Made by a program: the position numbers and the translations under genes. A stretch of 64,000 nucleotides of DNA from Bugula neritina (taxonomy: Eukaryota > Animalia > Bryozoa): the NCBI GenBank assembly GCA_964035545.1, contig OZ037770.1:15800642-15864641 (forward strand). The letters run 5' to 3'. Below the pieces are notes generated by a model. The model ran no database searches, was not told where the DNA came from, and saw only the letters and a program-made list of their open reading frames with translations. This document shows, piece after piece, positions 1 to 13,605 of the stretch. How positions within the stretch are numbered: the first letter of the stretch is position 1; every line of letters starts with the position of its first letter.

Positions 1-706
1 ATAGAGCTATGACTGTGGAAGAAGGTAAGTGAAGGTACATGCTTGGTATCCCAATACCCTCAGTATAACAGCAGAGCAATACAGAATTCTCCATGTTGAA
101 ATAAACTAACCTCACCTGCTATGCCAAAGCCATCTCTCTGTTACTATTTATGAGTCTTATTATAAAGTAACAAAGTGAAGGGCTTTAAGCTAAACTCCTA
201 TAGACATAGTTTATATGGCTATATCATTTCCATATTGTGTTGCAGTGAAGCTTTGCCCTTTGAACAGCCAACAGCAGGACTTTGAAACTGTGAGCCCGAT
301 TTCTCAGATGTTAAATGCAGGGTGTGGTTTAGCTGAAATGCCTTCATTGACCTACATTCACTTGTGAATACTACAGACTGTAATAACTTCATACCCTCAG
401 TGGAAAGTCCAAGTTATTCTTAGTATCAGTCCCATTTCTTGGTAACAGCTCTCCACACCACATCAACACCCTCTGATGTTTCTACAAACACAGCAGGTGG
501 TTCTGTGGAATATGTCTGAGTTATGTAACGTCTTTTACCTGCTGGTTTCCATGAAACTTCCTGTAGTGAGCAGTTCCTACTAGGAAAGTAAGTTCCAACT
601 CACATGGTCTGTAAAACTTAGTGAATGAATTAAGGTAAATAAAAATATAAGTAGATACAAGGTAAAGTAAATGAAAGTAAATATATAGTAAGTAAAGTAA
701 GTGCAT

Positions 707-1196
707 AGTATAGCATATAGTATATAGTATAGTATATAGTATATAGTATATAGTATAGTATATAGTATAGTATATAGTATATAGTATAGTATATAGTATA
801 GTATATAGTATATAGTATATAGTATATAGTATATAGTATAGTATATAGTATAGTATATAGTATATAGTATAGTATATAGTATAGTATATAGTATATAGTA
901 TAGTATATAGTATAGTATATAGTATAGTATATAGTATATAGTATAGTATATAGTATATAGTATATAGTACAGTATATAGTATAGTATATAGTATATAGTA
1001 TAGTATATGGTATAGTATATAGTATAGTATATACTATATACTATACTATATACTGTACTATATACTATATACTATACTATATACTATACTATACTATATA
1101 CTATACTATATACTATACTATATAATATAGTATATAGTATAGTATCTAGTATAGTATCTAGTATAGTATAGTATATAGTATAGTATATAGTATAGT
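707..1196. repeat. (TATAG/TATATAG)n microsatellite with an internal inverted segment
   Basis: Switches to (CTATA)n at ~1030-1120 and then back. Confidence 0.9.
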
Positions 1197-2336
1197 AAGC
1201 TCAGACAACTGACTGTGTCTAGCACTGAAAGACATGCTGACAGTTATAGACAGTAGACAGCGGGTGTAGCTGTAGGCAGCAGTGCTGTGACGTGATGTCA
1301 TAGATGAATTATCTGAAACTACAGCTGCATCATTGCTATGTGGTTTATATAATCCAACAGGGTGATTATATGCTTGTCTGTATCTGCAGACAGATTGCAG
1401 GCAGATAAGCAGATACATATGCAGATATGCAGACAGGATATGCATATAGGTATACGCAGATACATACGCAGACAGATTGCATATTGGAATCATGTTCAGT
1501 TTATAAGTCTCCTCTCACGAGGGCAGATAATTTCTTATGGTAAAAATAGCCATAAAACAGTTCAAATAACTGCAGGCTCTTGTAAAAGACATGAAAACTA
1601 TTTTTCAGCACATTTACAATGTCATTATATTTATATAACCAATAATATTTATCATATAATAATCAGTGACTCATGCGATTGGGTAGCCTCTGTTCTTGCT
1701 GGTATATAGACTAAGTTCTGTAAGCAAAGTGTGTTCCAACAGGAACTACTCAACTCTTAGAAATGTTTTCAGTCAAATTATGCTTCAAATACTTGTCAAA
1801 TGTTATTCTGTCTGGAAGAGTGGGGTGGTCTGTTTGTTGTGCAGAGCATAGCTGTGGTCTGGTAGAATTCTCTGGCACCCTCCCAGTGATACTTGGCATG
1901 GAGCTCACCTGGTGTTTACTTAGAACTCCAGTTAGCATTCTCACGTCATCAGTAGGATAATATCACTGTTCTTAAAATATCAACTGCCGTCTGCACTGAG
2001 TATAGGGTAACGGCCTGAAAGTAGCTTGAACCAATCACAATCGAGTATGTCGTCATTGGCCAATCAGACTTGAGCTGTTGCTTGAAGTGTGAGTATAAAT
2101 GTGAAGCCAAGCTAAGGTTGTTGGCATACCAAACTTTCAATAAGCAAGGAGAACATCATTTGTTCAGATTGTGACTGGATATTTATACAACTTTCATACA
2201 GTAAGTATATACCATAATAATGCACTGTGAAACATTATTATATGTAATTTATAGAATAATTCACTATAGATTATAGATTTCATCATTCCATGCATTGCTT
2301 TTACCAAGTAGCATTTCTTCTGATTTCAGACTGAAG

Positions 2337-3149
2337 ATGTTTGTCAAATTACTGCTGTCCAGTTTCACCAACAAACTGTCCAATCAGAGCCCTGTGTCCC
2401 CACAGACCAAGCAGTTTCTCCATCACATTAAGAACTATAAAAGGACTGGAATTAAGCTGAGGGAAGCCATTTTATTATCCATTGAAGGCACCCCTGTGGT
2501 GAGAGATGGGAACGCCAGCCTTACCAGCAATGACCTCTCTGTAAGTATTCTTATCTCTCCTTGAGAACTCAGACTAAGTATGTTTTCTCAAGAACTCTAC
2601 TAGTGCTGAGGTTAAATATTAGCACAAGTTTGAAAGGTCAAGGGTTAGTTGGTTGACCTCCCATTGGACAGGAAGCCACTGTTTTGACAAATCAAAGGTG
2701 TTGCTGAGAGAGTTGCTGTCTCGTGTTTATTTGGGCACTATTTGGGTCAAGGTCAACAATTAAAATGTTAGACAAACATAAAACCGGCTGAGTATCTGCC
2801 TAGGCTGTGTTGGTTTATAATATTTAATGAGTTTCATGTCTGTATAGGATATCAGGTGAACAGTCTAATATCTATTCACTTTATGTTACAGAAAATCCGA
2901 GACATCTTAGTAGATGGAGAGGCATGTACAGACGTCCTTCACCTTGAAAGTCTGTACTACTGCGTGAAGGAGCTGTCTCGTGACATGATGGTGTTGTTTA
3001 ACGGAACTTACTACGTCATCGTGTGTCTCACCGACTCCAAGCATCTGCTCATTCTCAACATCAGAGCAAAGAAGATAGACGGAGAGAGATCTATTGCCTG
3101 GCTCAAGAACGTGGCGGAGGAGATGAACACCTCGATGGATGCCCAATGA
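2337..3149 (+). CDS. Divergent profilin-fold protein (2 coding exons 2337-2540, 2892-3149; may have upstream exons)
   Basis: Phase-0 GT-AG join (ctct|GTAAGT 2541; ttacAG|aaa 2891) gives ...REAILLSIEGTPVVRDGNASLTSNDLSKIRDILVDGEACTDVLHLESLYYCVKELSRDMMVLFNGTYYVIVCLTDSKHLLILNIRAKKIDGERSIAWLKNVAEEM. The spacing of hydrophobic strands and helices matches the profilin pattern by eye. Confidence 0.55.
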
Positions 3150-4279
3150 CTAGGCGTGGTGAATCGAGACAGACAAGTGGCTGAGGAGATCTTAGACTGG
3201 ATCTGAGAGTCAACGGAGTAGAAAATGGGAACAGGCACAACACGTCTGCAGCAAACACGTCTGCAATACAGCTGCTGCCGAGTTGAATGAGATGGGCAGA
3301 CAACTTCTATCGGAAAGTGAAGGAAGTCTGTTGTATTATGGTCTCCTTAGAGAGATAGTGGAGGGGAGGAAAAAGGCTAAGCAGATGCTAAGGCTAAGAA
3401 TTGGACTTTATAGTTGATTGCGTTGAACTGATGGGCGAATGAGTTACCAAGTTTCAGTTACAAACTTAAACAGTGTGAACAGAATTTCTTGTTTATATTT
3501 AATATTTCATGTTTGTAAATTATCTTTATTTAACATTGTTATGTGGTGCTTTTTTATCAGAGGTAGTTGGTAGTTATGCAATTTTATATTATATAATTTT
3601 TCACAAATAAAAGGTTATGTACACTCATGCATACTCTAAACACTGCACACTCTCAACACTGCATACTCTAAACACTGTGTACTCTAAACACTGCATACTC
3701 TCAACACTGCACACTCTAAACACTGCACACTCTAAACACTGCATACTCTCAACAAGGCACACTCTAAACACTGTGTACTCTAAACACCAGTTGATATGAA
3801 AGACAACAAATAAGGAATATTTTTAGCCTCACATCTGACTAGAAGCAAATATTTACTCATAATAATCCAAAAATATGCAAAGAAAAAACAGTAAGGAATT
3901 TAGACTGGGGGGGGGGGGGAACATTCTAGAACGTGCTAAACACCTGTGTTGGGTAATACATTAACATACAAATATATTTATTTTGGTTATTTAAATGATG
4001 CGTCATCGTTAATACACTTGGAATACAAATAATATAACGTACAAATATTTCATCAACAAGCAAAGACGCTATCTACATATAAGACATACTATCATATTAC
4101 TAGAAAGCATTACATAGGAGTGAACAACCTGCAAGTAATATTCTCATTTGCAAAAATATGTTCTAAAAATTGAAATAGTAAAATATTTAGACAAAGTGTT
4201 ATTCTTGTAACATGAATGTCAATGAGTGGATTCATAACTAAGTTGTGGTGTCAACAGCTACCAGACTGAGTGTTACTCG

Positions 4280-4487
4280 GAGAGCACCTGCTACCAGATG
4301 ACATGTTGGGTGAGAGCACCTGCTACCAGATGACATGTTGGGTGAGAGCACCTGCTACCAGATGACATGTTGGGTGAGAGCACCTGCTACCAGATGACAT
4401 GTTGGGTGAGAGCACTGCTATCAGATGGCGTACTGGGTGCAGAGAGCACCTGCTAGCAGACGACATACTGGGCGGAGAGAGCACCTG
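4280..4487. repeat. 32-bp minisatellite in the RBM28 3'UTR, abutting the stop codon
   Basis: GAGAGCACCTGCTACCAGATGACATGTTGGGT, ~6 copies. Confidence 0.85.
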
Positions 4488-6903
4488 TTACTCATACCAT
4501 TTAGACTTTGCTTTGGCAGTGACACCAGCTGTCAGCTTGGCCCTGTAAGTGTCAACTAAACTGTCAAATGAGTCAGTCAGGTCTGTCCTCTTTTTCTTGG
4601 GCTACCAAAATACACCAATAAAAAATAAGATGGGGAGACAACTAACAGAGAGGAGACAACTAACAGAGAGGAGACAACTAACAGAGAGAAGACAACTAAC
4701 AGAGAGGAGACAACTAACAGAGAGGAGACAACTAACAGAGAGAAGACAACTAACAGAGAGAAGACAACTAACAGAGAGGAGACAACTAACAGAGAGAAGA
4801 CAACTAACAGAGAGGAGACAACTAACAGAGAGAAGACAACTAACAGAGAGGAGACAACTAACAGAGAGGAGACAACTAACAGAGAGGAGACAACTAACAG
4901 AGAGGAGACAACTAACAGAGAGGAGACAACTAGTAGAGAGAAGAGAGGTTTAGAAAGACACACCGACCTTTGGCTGCTTGTTCTCTTCCTTTTCCCTTCG
5001 ACTCATTTCCTGTTCTTTGCGCTTCCTCTCCAACCTAGCCTGTTTTTTAGGGTCTGTTGCTGAGATGGGGCGGGGTTTGTGACGAACCTACCAGATTAAA
5101 AAGCTCTAGAGAGTTTTTATAAGAGGTTTGAATGAAGAGAATAAACTGAACAATCATGAAGAAGCTCAGCAAAAAAAGTAAATCTTTTAAATCTTCGAAA
5201 TTTGAAAAAAAGATAAGAAAACTACTTCTATAGAACAAAAAAATTTAAATGCATATAAATTATCATTATTAATCAGCTGAAATTGAATCTAATGGATTCG
5301 CTATCAGCTCCTTGAGACCATAGCTTGAGTACCTTAGGACCGTGATGGCTAGGGAGTCCCGGCTTCACCCCCTCCGGCCTCTCAACCTTAGCTTGAGAAC
5401 CTGAAGTCACCACTTTGCTAGCTTTCTTGGGACTGTTTTTCAACGTCTGCAAACGCTTTTCTTTGGCTTGCAGAGCTTTGGTATTTTCCAGAGAGAATTC
5501 CACTAGAGGTCTCTAAAGCAAGGGAAGACAACACTCAGTGCATATATATTAAGAGACACCACAATTCTACTCCCAACTTGACAATATTTCCCAGCACCAG
5601 CTTACCTTCTCACTGGAAAAGATATCTGGATTATTGTTGAGTCCACGCAGCGCGGCCAGAGCGTGCGAGTGTTCAGTGAAAGCAACAAAAGCATAACCTC
5701 TGGACCTGCCAACCCCCTCAGAGTTTACACGAGTCAAGTCCCGCATTATACGGCACTGCAACGTGAAACACAAGCTAGATTACAATACTCTAGCAGAATA
5801 AGTCACATGACCAGTTACTGTGGCAGACGTATAAGTCACACAATCAGATACTGTAGCAGACGTATAAGTCACATGATCAGTTACTGTAGCAGACGTATAA
5901 GTCACATGATCAGTTACTGTAGCAGACGTATAAGTCACATGATCAGTTACTGTAGCAGACGTATAAGTCACATGATCAGATACTGTAGCAGACGTATAAC
6001 TGATCAACTAATAGAGGAGAGACGGGTACCAGGCAAGTACCTCAGTGATTCTGGCAGCCTTCCCAGCGTCTGCTGCCTTGAGACAGATAGCTTTCAGTTG
6101 CTTGTCAGCCAGCTTGGTGGGCAGATTGTGTATGCAGAGTCGGAAGGGAGAAATGAATATGAGGGGATTCTTTAACTTTGCCCTCATCATACCCTCCAGC
6201 TATAATATAGAATATAGACTATAGAATATAGACTATAGAATATAGACTAATAACATTATACAGTTCAGCTTCCTTATTGCAAAGTCTCGTAAACCATTGA
6301 ATTCACAAGATTTAAACCTAAAGTTGGGAGACAACAAGACAATGTAATGGCATATCAACTCATGAACCACGCAGACGGTACCTTCACTCTCTTGTTCATG
6401 TCCATCTTGCTGACTCCTTGCGCTGCCTCAGTACCCTCCCTGATGAGCCCCTCCCTGGCCAGGTACAGGTTCCTCTTGTCCTTCGGCTGCTTCTCCTTAG
6501 ACTTGTTTATCTCACCGATCCTCTCTCTAGACACGGCCAGCGCCACATTCAAATCTCTCCCGTCAACAAACAACTTCCCCAGCTGCATACATTAGAAGAT
6601 ACGTCTGTACGAGTCACATGATACGTCTGCATGAGTCACATGATACGTCATCATACGCGAGTCACAAACAGCCAATAAGAGTGTAGATTAAAGACTGACC
6701 TGCTGGGGGTCCTCAGATGCTGCCAGGCAGCGCTGTGTGTCTTCTTTAGTATCAAACTGAACAAAAGCCATTCCTTTGGATCTCTCAGTTTGAGGGTCGA
6801 CTAACACTTTGACATATGTGACGTCACCAAACTGACTGAACATCTCGATCAGCTGGTCTTCTGTCGTGTCATACGACACATTCCTGTAAAGTAGTAGTAG
6901 TAC

Positions 6904-6938
<35 letters not shown>

Positions 6939-7005
6939 CTAGTAGCAGTAATAGTAGTAGTACTAGTAGTAGTAGTAGTAGTACTAGTAGTAGTAGTAGT
7001 AGTAC

Positions 7006-7064
<59 letters not shown>

Positions 7065-10000
7065 CTAGTAGTAGTAGTAGTACTAGTAGCAGTAATAGTA
7101 CTAGTAGTAGTAATAGTAGTAGTACTAGTAGCAGTAGTAGTAGTACTAGTAGTATGATATTATTACCTTAAGAATATGTAACTTACCTTAAGAACAATGT
7201 CCTTTCTTGGTTGATGTCTGCACTGGAAGATTTGTGTTTCTCTTTTCCTTTCTGGATGATCTTTTTACCTGACAACCAGTCAATATGTTACTTACTACTA
7301 GCTACTTACTACTAGCTACTTACTACTAGCTACTTACTACTAGTTACTGACTACTAGCTACTTACTACTAGCCACTTACTACTAGTTACTTACTACTAGC
7401 TACTTACTGCTAGCTACTTACTATTAGCTACTTACTACTAGCTACTTACTATTAGCTACTTACTACTAGCTACTTACTATTAGCTACTTACTACTAGCTA
7501 CTTACTACTAGCTACTTACTACTAGCTACTTACTACTAGTTACTGACTACTAGCTACTTACTACTAGCTACTTACTACTAGCTACTTACTACTAGCTACT
7601 TACTACTAGCTACTTACTACTAGCTACTTACTACTAGCTACTTACTACTAGTTACTGACTACTAGCTACTTACTACTAGCTACTTACTACTAGCTACTTA
7701 CTACTAGCTACTTACTACTAGCTACTTACTACTAGCTACTTACTACTAGCTACTTACTACTAGCTACTTACTACTAGCTACTTACTACTAGCTACTTACT
7801 ACTAGCTACTTACTACTAGCTACTTACTACTAGCTACTTACTACTAGCTACTTACTACTAGCTACTTACTACTAGTTACTTACTACTAGCTACTTACTAC
7901 TAGCTACTTACTACTAGCTACTTACTACTAGCTACTTACTACTAGTTACTTCCTACTAGCCACTTACTATTAGCTACTTACTACTAGCTACTTACTACTA
8001 GCTACTTACTACTAGCCACTTACTACTAGCCACTTACTACTAGCTACTTACTACTAGCTACTTACTACTAGCTACTTACTACTAGCCACTTACTACTAGC
8101 TATTTACTACTTACTACTAGCTACTTACTACTAGCTACTTACTACTAGCTACTTCCTACTAGCTATTTGCTACTTACTACTAGAACAGACGTACCTTTCT
8201 TCTCGCTGTCAGAGACGCCGCTGTCATTCTCATCCTCCATATCTTCATATTCATCAGCAGAATCATCCTCAGAGTCTGACTCTGAGTGACTCTCAGCCTC
8301 ACTCACTTCACTTCCCGCACTTTCTTCATCTTCTTCACCTCTAGAAGTCTGATCTTCTCCTTCAGACGGCTGTTCATCTCTGTCAGACGTCTGTTCATCT
8401 CTGTCAGACGGCTGGACAGTTTGTGCGTCACCATCAGTAGACTTTGCGGCTGACTGAGTATCTAGAAGACACTCAAAGCATGAGTGACGGCAGCACTGTG
8501 TGTCATCAGAGCCAATCCCATTGGAGGCCAGTGATACCTCAACACAGAGCAGTCATGTGGATGGGATGGATATTGTAAAGCTCTTAATAAACTATTGAAA
8601 GTAAATACTGAAAGCTGTTTATAAGAGAATTTATTTGAACTCATCAAGTTTACTCAGCAATAGATTGAAACTCATCAAGGTGCAGTAACAGGCACACTTT
8701 TCTCACCTTCTGAAGCAGAGAGTTTGCTAACATAGACTGACTTCTCTATCGCCCAATCTATAGCGACGGGTCTACCATTCACAGCCTTCAGTTCCTGTAT
8801 GACTCTCTGACCGCACTCTTTACTGTTTGAGGTAAAGAAAGCAAACCCCTTCTTTTTGCCCTCTAAAACAGGAATATTAGAATATGATGTGTGGACATGC
8901 TCTGTACGATAGGAAGGAGAGAACCAATCAGACGACAGTATTGAACACCTACTCTTATCCTTAGGAATTTCTATGTTGGAGATTTCACCAAACTGAGATA
9001 GAGACTTCTTCAACACATCTTCTGTTACCTGAAGTTTAATACAGCAATGATACTATATAACAATATTATATAATGATATTATATAACAATATTATATAAT
9101 GATATTATATAACAATATTATATAATGATATTATATAACAATATTATATAATGATATTATATAAGATATGCACCGGCTGAAGACACACAGACAGACACAC
9201 AGACAGACATGTACCTGAAAAGGTAGGTTTCTTATGATAAGTCGGTGGGTTTGTGCTGGCGAAGTCTTTGACTTGACTGTAAAAGAAGACAACTTCAGTG
9301 TTAGTCATTGCTCAGTGTAATAATGGGAAGACAACTGCTGTATACAGTGTAATAATGGGAAGACAACTGCTGTATACAGTGTAATAGTGGGAAGACAACT
9401 GCTGTATACAATGCTGCGAGAAAGGCTGAAGCAGCTCACCTGGGTTGGAGGTAGATTTGCTCTTCGCCTTGGCTTTGGAGAGTTTGTTGAATTCGCTGTC
9501 CTTGAGGAACCAGTCGAGGGTGACGTTACGTCCACCAAGCAGAGTTTGATTGAGAGAAGAAATAGCCTGCTCTCCCGATTCTTTGTTGTCGAGGCAGATG
9601 AAACCGTACCCCTTTCCTTTGCCTACAGATTTGTGGAACACATACTAAAGTAAATTAATTTAACAACTACTGACTATCTCTATACTAACTCCCGACTATC
9701 TCTACACTAACTACTGACTATCTCTACACTAACTACTGACTGTCTCTACACTAACTACTGACTATCTCTACACTAACTACTGACTATCTCTACACTAACT
9801 ACTGACTATCTCTACACTAACTACTGACTATCTCTACACTAACTACTGACTGTCTCTACACTAACTACTGACTGTCTCTACACTAACTACTGACTATCTC
9901 TACACTAACTACTGACTATCTCTACACTAACTACTGACTATCTCTACACTAACTACTGACTATCTCTACACTAACTACTGACTGTCTCTACACTAACTAC

Positions 10001-11149
10001 TGACTATCTCTACACTAACTACTGACTATCTCTACACTAACTACTGACTATCTCTACACTAACTACTGACTATCTCTATACTAACTACTGACTATCTCTA
10101 CACTAACTACTGACTATCTCTACACTAACTACTGACTATCTCTATACTAACTACTGACTGTCTCTACACTAACTACTGACTATCTCTACATCTACTACTG
10201 ACTTGCCGAACAAGCTTATTCTCGTCCTATTTCATACAACTTAGCCAAGGTTTATAATTCATACACTAAGTACTTAGGCTACCTTGGAGGGCGGGTAACT
10301 CCACCAATGTGACATTCTTCTCAAACGCACTGAGCCACTGTTTCACCTGCTGCTCTGTAGTGGAGAAGGGAAGATTCCGGACTATAAGCCTGTGTGATTC
10401 ATCAGCTGAGCTTTTACCTGTATATGCATAGTACCAGACTATATAATACTATATATTATACATAGCACCACTACACAGACTATATACTATATACAGAGTC
10501 AGACTATCAAGCAACATGAATAACAAATAACCAGATATGGAGGTGGACTCATCTGACTTCTTCGACTCAGTCTGACTCTTGGAGTTGGCAAAACTGATGA
10601 ACACTTTTCTGCCTTCAACAAGTTTCACGGATTTCATGGCTTTAGCTGCATCATTGCTGTCAGTAAACTTCACATACCCAATCCCTCTGCTTTTTTTAGT
10701 TACTACAATTATAGGTTTCACTTCCAACATTAACTTGAACTTTAAGTAATTCAAAATAAATGAATTCATGAGTAATTTTCAACTGTCTGTCGATAGAGAG
10801 TGACACAGTAAATGTAATGAAGAGATTCAATATATTAATATTATTAGATAAAATTAAATAAAATGAAAATAAATTCTGAACTTCATACTTTGAAACTTTG
10901 TAATATCAAATACTAACAGTAACACCAACACTAACAGTAACACTAACAGTAACAGTAAATAAAAATGTAATACTTACGAGAGTCACTGACAACAAAACAA
11001 CTTTGAATTGGACCGTATTCCTTGAAAACATTAGTTAACCCATCACTTGTGACATTAAAATCGAGATTTCGGAGAAAAAGTGTCCGTTTTGCACTTGGAG
11101 TGGGTTCATTTTGATTTTGATTTACAGCTTTCGCTCTTTTCTTACCCAT
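4488..11149 (-). CDS. RBM28: RNA-binding protein 28 (NOP4 homolog), ~16 exons, five RRM-like domains
   Basis: Exons encode RTLFLRNLDF..RGIGYVKF; HRLIVRNLPF..KGYGFI; HRLIIRNLPF..KKGFAF; an acidic linker; ERTLFLRNVSYDTTE..RSKGMAFVQF; DKRNLYLAREGLIREGTEAAQGVSKMD; KLKNPLIFISPFRLCIHNLP; SRGYAFVAFTEHSHALAALRGLNNNP; RPLVEFSLEN; and C-terminal KSKWYE*. These are diagnostic RBM28 motifs. Confidence 0.93.
4634..4945. repeat. 18-bp intronic minisatellite
   Basis: GAGACAACTAACAGAGAG, ~17 copies. Confidence 0.95.
5790..6000. repeat. 33-bp intronic minisatellite
   Basis: ACTGTAGCAGACGTATAAGTCACATGATCAGTT, ~6 copies. Confidence 0.9.
6890..7155. repeat. (AGT)n microsatellite filling an intron
   Basis: Direct reading. 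Confidence 0.95.
7288..8183. repeat. 14-bp intronic minisatellite
   Basis: CTACTTACTACTAG tandem array spanning almost the whole intron. Confidence 0.95.
9665..10203. repeat. 22-bp intronic minisatellite
   Basis: CTACTGACTATCTCTACACTAA array. Confidence 0.95.
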
Positions 11150-11875
11150 GCTTGTCAAAAAATATGTTTAGTTATACCGTAAAAGAGGCCCAGTCGACGT
11201 AACTCAAGCTCTGACACTATCAATAAATTATGCATATAGTTGTGGGTGGATAATGCACCGTAATCAAACACTATTCTTAAGGCTTAAAGTTCACGACCAG
11301 GTCAAGGTTGCCAAAACCTATGCGTTTTAAGCGTTATAAAACTTGTCGAAGTACAAGTTCATTTATTAAATTTGATTTTATGTACATTTTATGTCATTAC
11401 TCGTAAATGTAATTATACTTGATCATAATAATACTGTAGTAAGCACTATTATCTTGCTAATAATATTTTATCTGCCTAGGTAAATCTTAAACAGTTAGTA
11501 ATTATAAAACAAAAACTGAAAGAGCTGTTACTAATCTGTTGTATAGTAAAATAATAGTATATCAATATGTTAACATTCAATAAAGTTATTTGATTGACAA
11601 TTTAAATTGCTATTTTTATTGCAAGTTTTCATGATTTTAAAATAAATATTTATAGTTTTCTTACTCTTATACTTATAGTTATAATTACAGGTTTCAAATG
11701 CTATTACCAATTTAATCAATTTCAATGAACCTAGCTTTGGTTACTGAAATGTTTCAGCTGTTAATAGCAACTAACACTAACTGTGACTATAGGATTTGCT
11801 TCCACTCACAAAAGACGTAGTAGTAATTAGTATCAGTTAGTAATAAAATTTTATTTCTTCAAGTTTTAGTATAAC
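11150..11875. promoter_or_regulatory. Putative bidirectional promoter RBM28/SURF1
   Basis: Divergent start codons ~730 bp apart. Confidence 0.5.
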
Positions 11876-13518
11876 ATGATGAATAGGCTGGGTATGTGGA
11901 GGCTAGCAGAACAGTGCTGCCAGAAGTACAGCTCTTCTCAAGCTCGGACTTTCACACTAAAACCTAAACCAGTGTTTATGTTAGCAAGGCGTGACAATAC
12001 CTCTGTTATAGAAAGGTTCAAGAAGGTTTCCCCTCACCATTATGTGATGCTTATATTCCCTTGCATTACATTCTACTTGGGGGTCTGGCAAATTAGGCGA
12101 CGCAAATGGAAACTCGGGCTTATTGATGAGTTAAAGAGAAAACATAAGCTGTAAGTTGAAGAGAGACATAGTCTGCTATACCCGCCTCTTACACTGTCTG
12201 GTATTACAACTGCACATTCAATAAATCTAGTGACTGAAACTCTGCTGCTGATTACAGAGCGGCTGTGCCCTTGCCCGCTGACCTGTCCACCATAACTGCT
12301 GACAGAGAATACGAGAGGTTCATTGCTGAAGGGCAGTTTGATCACTCAAGGGAAACATTCATTGGGCCTCGCGTCCTTCTCGACCCAACTGGCGCTGGTG
12401 AGTGACCGGCCCTGAAATCTGTTGTCCCAACTGACTAGTACTGATGAGTCCCAGTGAACGTCTTGTTCAACTCTTCTATGAACTTAGGTGGAGGTCTCAT
12501 CTCTTCTGGAGGTACTACGGGGGTGCACGTGGTGACGCCCCTCAAACTGTCGGGGAGAGATGAAGAGATTCTGGTGAACAGAGGTTGGATCTCGCGGCAG
12601 GCTAGTAGAGAGGACAACTTCGACAGACCCACAGGTGAGTAGTGTGCAGGTGAGTAGTGTGCAGGTGAGTAGTGTGCAGGTGAGTAGTGTGCAGGTGAGT
12701 AGTGTGCAGGTGAGTAGTGTGCAGGTGAGTAGTATACAGGTGAGTAGTATACAGGTGAGTAGTGTACAGGTGAGTAGTATACAGGTGTGTTGCAGGTACT
12801 CAGAGAGTCGAAGGAGTGTATAGAAACCCTGAAGTAGGGTCAGCAGGGGCAGCATATGATGTCAGAACTAAGATGTGGTCTAAAAGAAACGTGTCTGTGT
12901 TGGCTGAAGCTCTGGGTGAGTTGCCATGGTTACGGTATTACTAGCATGTATATTATTTAGTAGTCAAGTGTCATCTGCAGCTGGACACGCAGTCTGCTTG
13001 TAGCCTGTGATCCTGTGTGATTCAGGTACTCGGAGGGTCTTCCTTGACATGTGTGACTCCCCCAACCATAAGCTAACTGACCAGTCTCCTCTGCCAGGTT
13101 TGTCTGTAGAACTCTTTCTATAACTAAGATAAGACAACTCTATATAACTCTGTTACTAAGATAAGACAACTCTATACAACTCTGTTACTAAGATAGGACA
13201 ACTCTATAAAACTTATTAAAATTCAGTAATCAAAAATAGTCAACTGCAAGGTAGTATTCTCGTATATGTATGAGTGGAGAAGGAATGATAACTTCATATA
13301 CACTACATATTGCAGGGCAGACAAACATCTACCTGCGCAATGAACACTTGAGCTACATATTCACCTGGTTCTCCCTCACAGCCCTTATGCTCATCATATG
13401 GTCTAACCGCCACCTTAGGACTAACCATGAATCCAGTAAGCTACTAGACCTGGTGAGAAAGGGACGGGGTGGGCAGAGCGTTATACTGGCAACTAAGAAG
13501 AAGGCCAAGCCCCACTGA
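11876..13518 (+). CDS. SURF1: Surfeit locus protein 1 (cytochrome c oxidase assembly factor), 6 exons
   Basis: Motifs TFYLGVWQIRRRKWKLGLI, EYERFIAEGQFDHSRETFIGPR, GVHVVTPL, ILVNRGWI, GQTNIYLRNEHLSYIFTWFSL; GT-AG phases are consistent; basic N-terminal targeting-like peptide. Confidence 0.93.
12635..12795 (+). repeat. 15-bp GT...AG repeat constituting SURF1 intron 3
   Basis: GTGAGTAGT(G/A)T(G/A)CAG x10 followed by GTGTGTTGCAG. Confidence 0.95.
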
Positions 13519-13605
13519 AACATGAATTCTATTGAAGAAGTTATGATGCACTCTTGACAATGCTTTTCTGCATTTGCATTTATATTCCCATAGTTTACTT
13601 GAATG

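Noticed and set aside
1-2200. Exon-like segments with splice-like signals (donor at 25, acceptors at ~246 and ~1742, donor at ~2200)
   Set aside because: No consistent reading frame or recognisable protein could be assembled; they may be UTR or non-coding exons of the profilin-like gene.
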